Positions 1-8,985 of a stretch of 11,177 bases of DNA are shown here, piece by piece. Where the stretch lies: NCBI GenBank assembly GCA_004524535.1, contig SDNY01000115.1:1-11177 (forward strand). The letters run 5' to 3'. The notes under the pieces are model-generated. The model was not told where the DNA came from. It saw only the letters and a list, made by a program, of their open reading frames with translations, and made no database searches. Made by a program: the position numbers and the translations under genes. Numbering within the stretch: the first letter of the stretch is position 1; each line of letters starts with the position of its first letter. The stretch comes from Promethearchaeota archaeon. GTDB lineage: Archaea; Asgardarchaeota; Lokiarchaeia; Sigyniarchaeales; SOKP01.

Positions 1-195
1 ATGAGATTTTTATGCGAAGTCAAGGATTTTGTCAAAAAAGATGCTTTTATCTATTTTATCAGTTCAAGTAAGTCAGATTTAACACAATTAAATGAAAACA
101 TAAAAAAATTAAGTTTTAAAAATGAGATCTTAGCAAAAAAGCATATTTTCTTTGAAGATATTATCTTAAATAAATTAAAAATAGAGGCTACTTAA
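1..195 (+). CDS. 3' end of a HemK2/Mtq2-like (archaeal release-factor glutamine) class I methyltransferase, truncated by the window edge
   Basis: The C-terminal pattern FLCEVKDFVKKDAFIYFISSS...EILAKKHIFFEDIILNKL resembles the 'FL...L...G.....SS....F...I......FFE.L' tail of archaeal HemK-related methyltransferases. The catalytic NPPY motif lies outside the window. Confidence 0.5.
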   Translation: MRFLCEVKDFVKKDAFIYFISSSKSDLTQLNENIKKLSFKNEILAKKHIFFEDIILNKLKIEAT

Positions 196-1463
196 AAGGG
201 TCTTCGGGCACGCCGTTTTTCGAGAAGATTAATGCCATTTTGATTTAAAATTCTCGTTAAATTATTAAATAATAAATTAATTTCGTGAGGTTTAAAAACC
301 GCTCTATTATGGGCCTCAATTTGAGGTATGGGCAAACCATATCGTTCATTTAGACAAGAAATAGGTAAAAGCATTGAAGAAATTAAATCTGCTTTTTCAG
401 ATGCTTTCTTAAAATTAGTACTTTCGTCCGTGAAAAATTCAATTCTACAAGGTGTATCATATTTAACAGTTTTTAGATAAAATGCATAAAATGTAAGGGG
501 AAAGTAATAGGGTATTTCTTTTTTAATCCCAGTATCTCGAATTTTATCAATTTCTCGTTTACAAATAAAAATAGAACTTCTTTCAGACTTTTTTAGGACT
601 TTATTGAATAATTCTAAATCAGAAAAATAATCTATTAATTTTCGATAATTTATTTTAATAAAATCGTTTAAATAATCTCTATTTGGTTTTAATAGTTGTA
701 TTGAATCTCTTAATAAATGCGCTAATGCAGATGTGCGAGTGTCCTTGATTGAACCAATTAAGATAATCCCTTTTTCTTTGCAATTTGAATATAATTTATG
801 GTATTCCTTCAATAATTCATCGTATTTTTTGGAAATTTCAATGTCTTGAGAAAAAAGTAAATTAATAGGTGTTGGTACGATTGATCCATCTATTATGATG
901 AAATCAATATCCGTTGATCTTTGTATTAACTTGTTTAATAACTTTATTTCCATGAAAGTCATATCCATTGAAATTTTATTTTGCACAAGATTTTCATCCC
1001 TGTTAATAAAATTACCTTGTATGGCATAATTGTTGAAGCCGTTTAAGTCTGGATAATATTCAATTCTTGCGCTTTTACCATCTTTATAAATATAGTATTT
1101 AACGGCCAAAGCTTTTAAAAATGAAAAATCTACATTCATAAATTTCTTAATAACTGAACTACCATCAACACTCACGAAATTCAATCCGCTGATACAAGAG
1201 GCAGAAACCTCTTTTTTTATCTGGGCTTCTTTAATATAATATTTAGGATATTTTATCAAATCTGAAAAGTTTAAATCTTTAAAATTTTTGAGGATTGCGG
1301 TGCAAAATTTATCTTTTGCTTCTTCAAGTTCAATATATTCTTGAGCAATATACTTCAAATCTTTCAATAAGATTTGTTCTTTTGTTAAACCGATATTATA
1401 ATTTTTCGTTGATACATTGCTTAATTCTTTATCTTCTACTTTTATAGAATTACTTTCGATCAT
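192..1463 (-). CDS. nurA: NurA-family DNA double-strand-break repair nuclease
   Basis: NurA motifs are present: VSVDGS, ME(IKLL), IIIDGS, IKDTRTS, GLPIPQIEAHNRA, and a basic C-terminal tail RRARRPF. The start is placed at ATG 1463 (MIESNS) rather than the track's TTG at 1514. Confidence 0.85.
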   Translation of the reverse strand: MIESNSIKVEDKELSNVSTKNYNIGLTKEQILLKDLKYIAQEYIELEEAKDKFCTAILKNFKDLNFSDLIKYPKYYIKEAQIKKEVSASCISGLNFVSVDGSSVIKKFMNVDFSFLKALAVKYYIYKDGKSARIEYYPDLNGFNNYAIQGNFINRDENLVQNKISMDMTFMEIKLLNKLIQRSTDIDFIIIDGSIVPTPINLLFSQDIEISKKYDELLKEYHKLYSNCKEKGIILIGSIKDTRTSALAHLLRDSIQLLKPNRDYLNDFIKINYRKLIDYFSDLELFNKVLKKSERSSIFICKREIDKIRDTGIKKEIPYYFPLTFYAFYLKTVKYDTPCRIEFFTDESTNFKKASEKADLISSMLLPISCLNERYGLPIPQIEAHNRAVFKPHEINLLFNNLTRILNQNGINLLEKRRARRPF

Positions 1464-1545
1464 CCTTAAGACAAATATAAAAAAAGGAATAATAATAATT
1501 GTAACGAGATACAAAATTTTTTGATTTATATTTGATCTAAAATTA

Positions 1546-1560
1546 AAAGTTTTTATAAAG
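1546..1560 (+). promoter_or_regulatory. Candidate archaeal BRE/TATA box in the nurA-GTPase divergent intergenic region
   Basis: AAAAGTTTTTATAAAG lies about 70 bp upstream of ATG 1627. The AT-rich background limits certainty. Confidence 0.35.
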
Positions 1561-1626
1561 AAGAATTTAATATTTATTTGTCTAATAATATCATAAATTT
1601 TATTAAAAAAATCAGGAATTTTTTTT

Positions 1627-2166
1627 ATGACTGATTATGATTATACATTTAAAGTTCTGATGCTTGGAGATGCTAGCGTTGGTAAAACCTCGCTTACCCT
1701 TAGATATATCTCTGGATATTTTACAGAAGATCTTAAACTCACTATAGGCGTTGACTTTTATTCTAAAATCCTTACCGTTAGTGGCAAAAAAGTAAAATTA
1801 CAAATTTGGGACTTTGGTGGAGAAGAAAGGTTTAGATTCCTCCTTCCGCATTATTCTTTAGGAGCCAATGGAGCCTTCTTTCTGTATGATATTACAAACG
1901 CCCTTACTCTTGAAAGTATTTCCAGTTGGACAGACTGCGTAAAAAGCAATGCTGGAAACATTCCAATAATGTTAGTTGGTTCGAAGCTTGATTTAGAAAG
2001 ATTTCGAGCAATTATTAGGGAAGATGGAATACAGGCTGCAAGAGAACATAAACTAGCATCATTTGTTGAATTATCCTCAAAAACTGGACAAAATGTTAAA
2101 GAAGCATTTGAAACTTTAACAGAGATTCTTCTTAAAAGAGCGACATCTCAAAATAATCAAGTGTAA
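1627..2166 (+). CDS. Rab-like small GTPase (Ras superfamily, Asgard-type)
   Basis: G1 GDASVGKT, G2/RabF1 TIGVDF, RabF2 KLQIW, G3 DFGG, RabF3-like RFRFL, RabF5-like LYDIT, G4 SKLD, G5 SSK. There is no C-terminal cysteine prenylation motif. Confidence 0.95.
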   Translation: MTDYDYTFKVLMLGDASVGKTSLTLRYISGYFTEDLKLTIGVDFYSKILTVSGKKVKLQIWDFGGEERFRFLLPHYSLGANGAFFLYDITNALTLESISSWTDCVKSNAGNIPIMLVGSKLDLERFRAIIREDGIQAAREHKLASFVELSSKTGQNVKEAFETLTEILLKRATSQNNQV

Positions 2167-2188
2167 GATATAATTTTACTCCATTAAT

Positions 2189-3628
2189 TTATTTATTTCT
2201 ATTTTCTTCCTCTAAACAAGCTAGTCTCTCCCGACATCGGCGTAATTTTTCATCATGTAAATCACTGCACGCTTGTTTCATCTCTTTATAATCGTCGCTT
2301 CTTGGATTGAGAGGATATCGCCATAAAACTATCATTCCTATAATAATAAAAATCGTAGGGATAAGCCCCATTAGCAATTTAATACCAAAAATAGCACTTG
2401 CAGGTTGAGATTCTCCTGGACCTAAATCTTGATTATAAAGCGTTAGATAAAAAACTAAACCGGCTATTGCTGCTGCAACCGATTGGGCGGGTTTTGTAAT
2501 TAAAGCATTTGTTCCGAAATACATACCTTCACGTCTTACGCCAGTTTCCAGCTCGTCTTGATCTATTACATCTGCTAATACTGTATATACTAATACTGTT
2601 TGACCCGAAAAACCGAAACCAATTATGGCGAAACTTATGCTTGCCCATATTATATCATTAGCAACTGTTACCATTATGAAACCAGTAATTACTACAACAG
2701 ATAGATATATTATCGCATGCTTATTACCATATTTTTGATTCATCAGAATACCTACAGGCAGCCCTAATAATGAAAAGCCAAGATATAATATCAAAGGCAA
2801 AGAACCTAAGGGTGATTCGCTTGAAACCTGTAAAACATCTTGAATGTAGAAAGGTAGGATTGACATCACAGATACGATAACAAATGTCATCATAAAATTA
2901 AACACTGCAAAAATCAAAAAACTCTTATTTTTCAATGTGGTCTTCATAGCCTGCCATAATCCTAAATTTTCGTCTTCTTCTGGCATCAACTCAGGCCGTT
3001 CTTTTATACCAAAAGCAGTGAACGATAAAAACATAGCACCTAATATTGCAACAACTATGACAATCGTTAAAAATATCGGGCGATTTTGACTATATGGTTG
3101 GACGTTTTGAATGAAAAGAATAGGAAGAGCATAAGTTATGCTTAATCCTAAACCACCCCCAATAGAAGCAAACAAATTCATTTTTGCTCGCTCATCTGGC
3201 TCAATGGATAATTCACTCATGAGAGCATTGAAACATAGGCCGACAATTGTAAAAAAACTATCATAAGCAATTAAAGTAACTAATAACCAGATAAAATAAA
3301 CCCATTGTTCGCTGTCGGTTGGAGTTAAATAAAGTAAAACAAAACTTATTGACATTAATGGTCCACACACCATTATAAAAGGAATTCTTCTTCCGTACTT
3401 AGTATTAGTATTATCAGAAAAAAATCCAAAAAGAGGATCATTCACAGCATTCCAAACTAAATAAATAATCCATGCAAGAGCCCACAATAAAAAATCAATC
3501 TTGACGATCTTTATGTAAAATGTTAAAGTCCAAGCCGCAAATAAGCCCGTTGTTAATTGGAGTCCCAAACTCCCCAATCCATAGTTGATTTTAGTCTTTA
3601 AAGGGATAGTATCCTTTTTAATTTCCAT
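2189..3628 (-). CDS. MFS transporter, glycoside-pentoside-hexuronide (MelB/UidB/MFSD2-like) family
   Basis: About 12 hydrophobic segments, with GPH motifs WNAVNDPLFG..SD, YGRRIPFI, ERAKM, IKER, DVIDQDELETGVRREGMYFG and C-terminal YPL. Confidence 0.9.
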   Translation of the reverse strand: MEIKKDTIPLKTKINYGLGSLGLQLTTGLFAAWTLTFYIKIVKIDFLLWALAWIIYLVWNAVNDPLFGFFSDNTNTKYGRRIPFIMVCGPLMSISFVLLYLTPTDSEQWVYFIWLLVTLIAYDSFFTIVGLCFNALMSELSIEPDERAKMNLFASIGGGLGLSITYALPILFIQNVQPYSQNRPIFLTIVIVVAILGAMFLSFTAFGIKERPELMPEEDENLGLWQAMKTTLKNKSFLIFAVFNFMMTFVIVSVMSILPFYIQDVLQVSSESPLGSLPLILYLGFSLLGLPVGILMNQKYGNKHAIIYLSVVVITGFIMVTVANDIIWASISFAIIGFGFSGQTVLVYTVLADVIDQDELETGVRREGMYFGTNALITKPAQSVAAAIAGLVFYLTLYNQDLGPGESQPASAIFGIKLLMGLIPTIFIIIGMIVLWRYPLNPRSDDYKEMKQACSDLHDEKLRRCRERLACLEEENRNK

Positions 3629-3677
3629 TAATTATAGTATAAATTTAAGAATTAATAAAATAGATGATAATAAGATT

Positions 3678-4862
3678 TTAACCTTCAAGGTTTTTTATTT
3701 TTGAAAAAAAATCTTTTGAGGGCGCTGCATTAAAAAAAAACATATTAATGACTTCATTTCTAAAATCAACATTTTTTTCCGCTAATTGGAACATTGCATC
3801 AAGATTTACTCCTTGTTTTTCATAAAAAAATTCAACCATTGAACGTTTCAATTTGAAATTTCTAATCATCTTCTTAATATATTTATGATTTTTGTAGTAT
3901 TTCAATGTACGATTAGATATATCATCAGTCTGGAGCGCTTGAATTGCGGCCTCTGCAGCGATTTGACCAGACACTATGCTAGGATGGATACCCTCCCCAC
4001 TAATAGGAGATACAAATCCAGCGGCATCTCCGATAATCATAATATTATCGCCGCATAGACTTTTTTCTAATACTCCTTTTGCCGATAGTGGGTATGATCC
4101 AACCCAGATTTTTTTATAATTAGATTTTGGGAAAAATTGTTTAATGTGAGGATCATTTAAAAAATCTTCAAAGATCTGATTTAAATTATATTTAAGATTA
4201 TCTTCAGCAAAAGTACCACATCCAATATTATAGCGGTTTTCACCTATTGGAAAAATCCAACCATACCCTTTGTATTCTCTAAAAAAAAGATACATACGTC
4301 TCTTATCCAGATTATTTTCGCCTTCCATAATCGCACATTTCGCTAAACCTAAATTTTCAACTTTCCAACGTTCTCTCAAACCAGATTTAACCGCTAATTT
4401 AGAACTCATTCCATCCGCAATAATAATGATTTTTCCTAAATATTCTTTAATCCCCGAGGGTGTTTTTGTCTTTATACCAATTCTCTTTTGATCTTTTACT
4501 ACAAAATCAAATGAAATATTTTTATCATAAAGCTCTGCCCCTTTCTCAATTGCGATATTCCTTATAAAAGTATCAAATTCCAAACGATCGACAATTATAG
4601 TATCTGCAAATAATTTTTCCCAACTATATTCTATTTTATGATAATCACCAGAAAACAATATAGCACCACCAAATTTATGAGGATTAAGCTTCTTTAACTG
4701 AGGATAATACTTAGACATTATCCTCGCACTAACCGCTCCTCCACAAGGTTTGCGCCAATTAGTATCTTTTTCAATTAACGCTACTTTATAACCTGCCTCC
4801 GCTATAATTTCAGCACATCTGGAACCGCTAGGACCTGCTCCCGAAATTACTACATCATACAT
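3678..4862 (-). CDS. Geranylgeranyl reductase-family FAD-dependent oxidoreductase (paralog 2)
   Basis: YDVVISGAGPSG, KPCGG, DRLEFD, IADGMSS, GYGWIFP, GDAAGFVSPISGEGI. The start is placed at ATG 4862, with TTG 4874 as an alternative. Confidence 0.9.
   Translation of the reverse strand: MYDVVISGAGPSGSRCAEIIAEAGYKVALIEKDTNWRKPCGGAVSARIMSKYYPQLKKLNPHKFGGAILFSGDYHKIEYSWEKLFADTIIVDRLEFDTFIRNIAIEKGAELYDKNISFDFVVKDQKRIGIKTKTPSGIKEYLGKIIIIADGMSSKLAVKSGLRERWKVENLGLAKCAIMEGENNLDKRRMYLFFREYKGYGWIFPIGENRYNIGCGTFAEDNLKYNLNQIFEDFLNDPHIKQFFPKSNYKKIWVGSYPLSAKGVLEKSLCGDNIMIIGDAAGFVSPISGEGIHPSIVSGQIAAEAAIQALQTDDISNRTLKYYKNHKYIKKMIRNFKLKRSMVEFFYEKQGVNLDAMFQLAEKNVDFRNEVINMFFFNAAPSKDFFSKIKNLEG
4760..4798. repeat. 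39-bp near-identical segment shared by the two GGR paralogs (other copy 5971-6009)
   Basis: 4760-4790 is identical to 5971-6001 (31 bp, TAGTATCTTTTTCAATTAACGCTACTTTATA). One mismatch follows, then 7 more identical bases. Confidence 0.9.
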
Positions 4863-4894
4863 GATACAATTCAATTATTATTTTTTAATATTTT

Positions 4895-6076
4895 TTAATG
4901 AGTACTTTTTATTTTTGAGATAAAATCTTTTGGAGGTGTTCGGCCAAAAATAAAAGTATTTATAACATTCTCCTTAAATTCTTTATTATTTTCCGCCATT
5001 TTAAAAATCTTATTGAGATTTTCACCTTCATTTTCATAAAAGAAATTAACAAATTTACGTTGAAATTTAAACAATCTAATGATTTTTTTGATGTTTGGAT
5101 GTTTTTTGAACTCCTTTAGAGAATCTGCCGAAAAATCTTCTCTTTCTATGGCTTTTATAGAAGTTTCTCCTGCTACTTGTCCTGAAACAATTGCACCATG
5201 AATACCTTCTCCGCTGATTGGAGCTACAAATCCAGCTGCATCCCCTACAAGAATTAAATTATCGTCAAACATACTTTTTTCTAAAACCCCCGTGGCCGGT
5301 TCGGGAAATATTGCTGACCATATCATTTTATAATCTATATTAGATATTAATTTTCTAATCTGTAATTCTTTAAAGAACTCATTAAATAAATCATTTACAT
5401 TATATTTTAAATTGTTTTCATAATAAGTAATTGAACCAAGATTAAATTTTTGTTTGTCTATAGGAAATACCCAACAATAACCATACTTTTTAAAAAAGAA
5501 ATACGTACCCTTTTCATTTAAATTGTTTTGCCCCTCTAAAATTTGTGCTTTGCCTATTCCTATATCTAAAGCGGTCCATTTTCCTCTCAATCCTGATTTG
5601 TGAGCTAATTTTGAGCTCATCCCATCCGCAACAACAATTATATTAGCTAAGTATGTTTTGGTGCCTGAGGGCGTTATTGTTTTAATTCCAACTCTTTTTC
5701 GATCTTTATATATGAAATCGTATGAAACATTTTTATCAAAAAGCTCTGCTCCCGCATCCACAGCTACATTTCTTATTAGATTATCAAATTCTAACCTATC
5801 TATTACAATTGGGTTATCTTCAGAATCTTCATATGAATATTCGAGTTTATGGTCATCAGCAGAAAACATTGCCAAGGTATTTTTTTTGATTAAATTTAAT
5901 TTTCTCAATTGCGGGTAATACCGGTAGATACTTGATCTAGGTAATCCTCCTCCACAAGGCTTAATCCACATAGTATCTTTTTCAATTAACGCTACTTTAT
6001 ACCCTGCCTTTGATATTACTTCAGCACACTTTGAACCTGCTGGTCCCGCTCCTGAAACAATTACTTCATACTTCAT
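4895..6076 (-). CDS. Geranylgeranyl reductase-family FAD-dependent oxidoreductase (paralog 1)
   Basis: GAGPAG, KPCGGG, DRLEFD, VADGMSS, GYCWVFP, GDAAGFVAPISGEGI. It is a full-length paralog of the adjacent gene. Confidence 0.9.
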   Translation of the reverse strand: MKYEVIVSGAGPAGSKCAEVISKAGYKVALIEKDTMWIKPCGGGLPRSSIYRYYPQLRKLNLIKKNTLAMFSADDHKLEYSYEDSEDNPIVIDRLEFDNLIRNVAVDAGAELFDKNVSYDFIYKDRKRVGIKTITPSGTKTYLANIIVVADGMSSKLAHKSGLRGKWTALDIGIGKAQILEGQNNLNEKGTYFFFKKYGYCWVFPIDKQKFNLGSITYYENNLKYNVNDLFNEFFKELQIRKLISNIDYKMIWSAIFPEPATGVLEKSMFDDNLILVGDAAGFVAPISGEGIHGAIVSGQVAGETSIKAIEREDFSADSLKEFKKHPNIKKIIRLFKFQRKFVNFFYENEGENLNKIFKMAENNKEFKENVINTFIFGRTPPKDFISKIKSTH

Positions 6077-6096
6077 TTTTTTTTATCTTCTTGTAA

Positions 6097-6933
6097 TTAA
6101 TCATTGGCGGCTCCACGTTCATAAAAAACGGGCAATGCTTGTGCTTGTAATCTGCGTCCTTCATGAGCGCTAATTCCAAAAAAAGGATCAAATTCCCTTA
6201 AAAATTCTAAATCCTCTATTTTAGGAGGGGGTATTTTTTCTAAAGTTTTTCCATAATCTTCAGCAACTTTTAAATCCCATGGGATTTGTTCTCTAATATC
6301 TTCAACAGTAGTTTGAGGAAATAGACCCGCCAAATACATTTCTTTTGAATTTTCATCAAATCTGAAGAGACCATACTTAGTAATTAATGCGGAAGGGCCA
6401 CCTGGAAGACCTGCCTTACGCCTCGATTCACCTCCCGTTAGCCATCCTGGACTAGTAATATAATCTAATTTATTTACAAACTGGCCGCCGACCAAAGTTA
6501 AAACTGTTCGATTACAATGACCTGCAAATTCGTTAGCTCCTCCAGACCCAGATAATCTGAAATCACTTCGATTACTTATATAATAATCCCCAACCACCGT
6601 ACTATTTATATTACCAAATTTATCAAGTTGAGCAGCTCCTAAAATACATACATCAGCATAACCGCGATTGGCAATTGTTGTAAAAACATCAAATAAACCA
6701 ATTGAATATGAAAATCCTTTACTTGAACCAGGATCTGATATATCTTCTAGAGTTTGAAATAGATTAAGGTCAACCATTCCTGCTTCACATAGAATTATGG
6801 CATTTGGCGCGTGCTTTCGCTTAGCTAATGCGCCTGCTGCGAATGGGATCCCTTGACCAATAATACATAATTCTCCATCTTTAATCTCTTTACTTGCGGT
6901 TATTATTAACAATTCTACACGCATATACTTCAT
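6097..6933 (-). CDS. Family I CoA-transferase beta subunit (glutaconate CoA-transferase GctB-like)
   Basis: IGQGIP, the catalytic-type glutamate in ILCEAG (E50), GAAQLDKFGNINST, GSGGANE, FVNKLDYITSPG. Its start overlaps the stop of the alpha subunit (ATGA..., 6930-6933). Confidence 0.88.
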   Translation of the reverse strand: MKYMRVELLIITASKEIKDGELCIIGQGIPFAAGALAKRKHAPNAIILCEAGMVDLNLFQTLEDISDPGSSKGFSYSIGLFDVFTTIANRGYADVCILGAAQLDKFGNINSTVVGDYYISNRSDFRLSGSGGANEFAGHCNRTVLTLVGGQFVNKLDYITSPGWLTGGESRRKAGLPGGPSALITKYGLFRFDENSKEMYLAGLFPQTTVEDIREQIPWDLKVAEDYGKTLEKIPPPKIEDLEFLREFDPFFGISAHEGRRLQAQALPVFYERGAAND

Positions 6934-7970
6934 AATTCCAACTCTCCATATTTTTCGACTTTTTCTAAATATTCTTCTCTTGTTTGCGCTATTTTATGAC
7001 AAAAATCATTTTGCCAATATTTCTTTTTGTATCCCATATTTATTTGATCTGACAAATATTCATTTACTTTACAACGTTCTAAAGGTTTCTTACTAAATCT
7101 TTCTATATAATGATCCAAATAATCTTTTCGATCCTTTCTATCGTAAATCCATTCTTGCATCCATTTTTGATTGGCTAACTTGGAAAGAGTCTGAGCAAAA
7201 TAAAACGCACGGAAACCATTATCGACGTCATAATATCCCGCTAATTCGCTTGGATGTGCACCCCAGGGTTCTTCACATACTGCATTAACTCTAAATCCAG
7301 GTACAACAGTTAAAAAAGGTGAACGCTTAATTTTCTCGTGGTCAACAATCTCTTCACATGAGACGATTAACTTTTTACAGGATAAAGCACCCCATTTTAA
7401 AGTACCTAAACTACCCCAAAATTGAGCATTCCCATATTTGTCAGCTCTTTGAACGTGTAAAATTCCAACATCAGGATTTAAAGCGGGTACTACAACAGAT
7501 TCTTTACCTGTAAAAGGGCATTTAATAATTTTAAACTTATTTTCTCCCATTATAGTTCTTATACGAAATATATCGGTTTCTTTTATAGCATTCATTACTG
7601 GCATATATGTGTATCCTAAAGCTCCTGCTTTAAACATTGATACCATTGTAAAATTTGAATAATCTTCAATTTCAACAGTTTTTGCGCGTAATGCTCGATC
7701 TAATTCATTTTTGTAACGACGCCCTCCACCTCTGTGAGAATACGCTGTAATAATCTTAGATACACACTCTCCTCCTATTAATAAATCCCCCTCCTCAATA
7801 AAAGCATTAGATGCTAAGGTTAGATTCTTCTTTCTCTGTCTAATTATTTCATGAACAATAGCAAAAGGGATTGCATACACAAAATTACAAGGATTAAGCA
7901 TATCTCCATCTTTAACAAATTTAGACACAGCTTCTTTTATCGTCATTACTTTATTATTTTCAGAATTCAT
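6930..7970 (-). CDS. Family I CoA-transferase alpha subunit (GctA-like)
   Basis: KVMTIKEAVSKFVKDGD, HEIIRQRKKNLT, CPFTG, PALNPDVGILHVQRADKYGNA, EEPWGAHPS, GYYDVD. Confidence 0.88.
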   Translation of the reverse strand: MNSENNKVMTIKEAVSKFVKDGDMLNPCNFVYAIPFAIVHEIIRQRKKNLTLASNAFIEEGDLLIGGECVSKIITAYSHRGGGRRYKNELDRALRAKTVEIEDYSNFTMVSMFKAGALGYTYMPVMNAIKETDIFRIRTIMGENKFKIIKCPFTGKESVVVPALNPDVGILHVQRADKYGNAQFWGSLGTLKWGALSCKKLIVSCEEIVDHEKIKRSPFLTVVPGFRVNAVCEEPWGAHPSELAGYYDVDNGFRAFYFAQTLSKLANQKWMQEWIYDRKDRKDYLDHYIERFSKKPLERCKVNEYLSDQINMGYKKKYWQNDFCHKIAQTREEYLEKVEKYGELEL

Positions 7971-7980
7971 TTTTTTTGAG

Positions 7981-7985
7981 ACCTC
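7981..7985 (-). promoter_or_regulatory. Shine-Dalgarno-like site for the CoA-transferase alpha gene
   Basis: GAGGT on the minus strand, 10 nt upstream of ATG 7970. Confidence 0.5.
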
Positions 7986-8133
7986 AGTCTTTAGTTGATT
8001 TTCAAAATGATTTAAAAATTAAATCAAATTAATAAATTAATAATATTGAAAACTAAATCTTTAAATTATTTATTATTTCTTACTTCTTTTTAGCGTAGAA
8101 AATATCTTAATTGTAAAATGATTATTGAAATTA

Positions 8134-8949
8134 ATGAAAACTCTTATACTACCTAATGGTGATAAAATTTCGATAATAGATAGATTAACAGCAGATTATA
8201 TCTATGACGAGATTTATGTGGATAAGGTGTATTTAAAGCGAGGAATTAATGTTAAGGATGGAGATGTAATATTAGATGTAGGTGCTAATATTGGTTTATT
8301 CTCTCGTTTTATCTCTACTCAAGCAAATAATCTAAAAATTTTTACATTTGAGCCAATCCCTGCAATATTTAATGTATTAGAAGCCAATCTTAAAGACATT
8401 AATGCTGATATAAAGAATTTCAATATTGGTTTAGGAAAAAAAGAAAAGACCATTGATATTACCTACTATCCTAAATGTAGTGGAGATTCAGCTATTATCC
8501 CATTTGATTGGGATCTAAAAGTGGATCTCTACTTACAGAACTATGAAGAAACAATCTGTAAAGATATGCCTCAAGCAATAAATATCCCCGAGGATAAACG
8601 TAAGGGATTAGTTGAAGCTGGGCTTAAGACCATATACAGAGGTAAAATTGTTCAATGTCAAATACGCCCTCTTTCACAAATTATACAAGAAAATAACATA
8701 AAACACATTAATTTAATGAAAATTGATGCTGAAAATTATGAATGGCAAGTGCTCGCAGGAATTAAAGATGATGATTGGGAAAAAATAGAGCAAATAGCAA
8801 TGGAAGTACATACCCATATAAAAGGAGGAGCAAATTTAATGAATGAACTTACAAATTTATTGGAAAAAAAAGGATTTAAGGTATATGAAGGAGAAGAGAG
8901 CCGAGAAACCATAATGGGAGTATATATGTTATATGCTAAAAAGGAATAA
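8134..8949 (+). CDS. FkbM-family SAM-dependent methyltransferase
   Basis: LPNG, IYDEIY...YLKRGI, motif I LDVGANIGLFS, FEPIP, TYYP, LMKIDAE, WEKIEQIAMEVH. ATG 8134 is preferred, with TTG 8125 as an alternative. Confidence 0.9.
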   Translation: MKTLILPNGDKISIIDRLTADYIYDEIYVDKVYLKRGINVKDGDVILDVGANIGLFSRFISTQANNLKIFTFEPIPAIFNVLEANLKDINADIKNFNIGLGKKEKTIDITYYPKCSGDSAIIPFDWDLKVDLYLQNYEETICKDMPQAINIPEDKRKGLVEAGLKTIYRGKIVQCQIRPLSQIIQENNIKHINLMKIDAENYEWQVLAGIKDDDWEKIEQIAMEVHTHIKGGANLMNELTNLLEKKGFKVYEGEESRETIMGVYMLYAKKE

Positions 8950-8985
8950 AGAAAGAAAATAAAGGAATATTTAGGCAGATTTAAA

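Noticed and set aside
1464-1514. Hydrophobic N-terminal extension (membrane anchor) on NurA
   Set aside because: It arises from a T-rich upstream region read from a TTG. ATG 1463 is the more plausible start for a soluble nuclease.
4270-4491. 73-aa plus-strand ORF
   Set aside because: It is an antisense shadow of GGR paralog 2 with no recognisable motifs.
5658-5918. 86-aa plus-strand ORF
   Set aside because: It is an antisense shadow of GGR paralog 1.
6097-7970. IpdAB-type steroid ring hydrolase
   Set aside because: The beta subunit retains the CoA-transferase glutamate (CEAG), and no steroid catabolism genes are nearby.
8008-8026. Inverted repeat TGATTTAA-AAA-TTAAATCA upstream of the CoA-transferase cluster
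   Set aside because: It is almost entirely A/T within a very AT-rich intergenic region, so it is plausible by chance.
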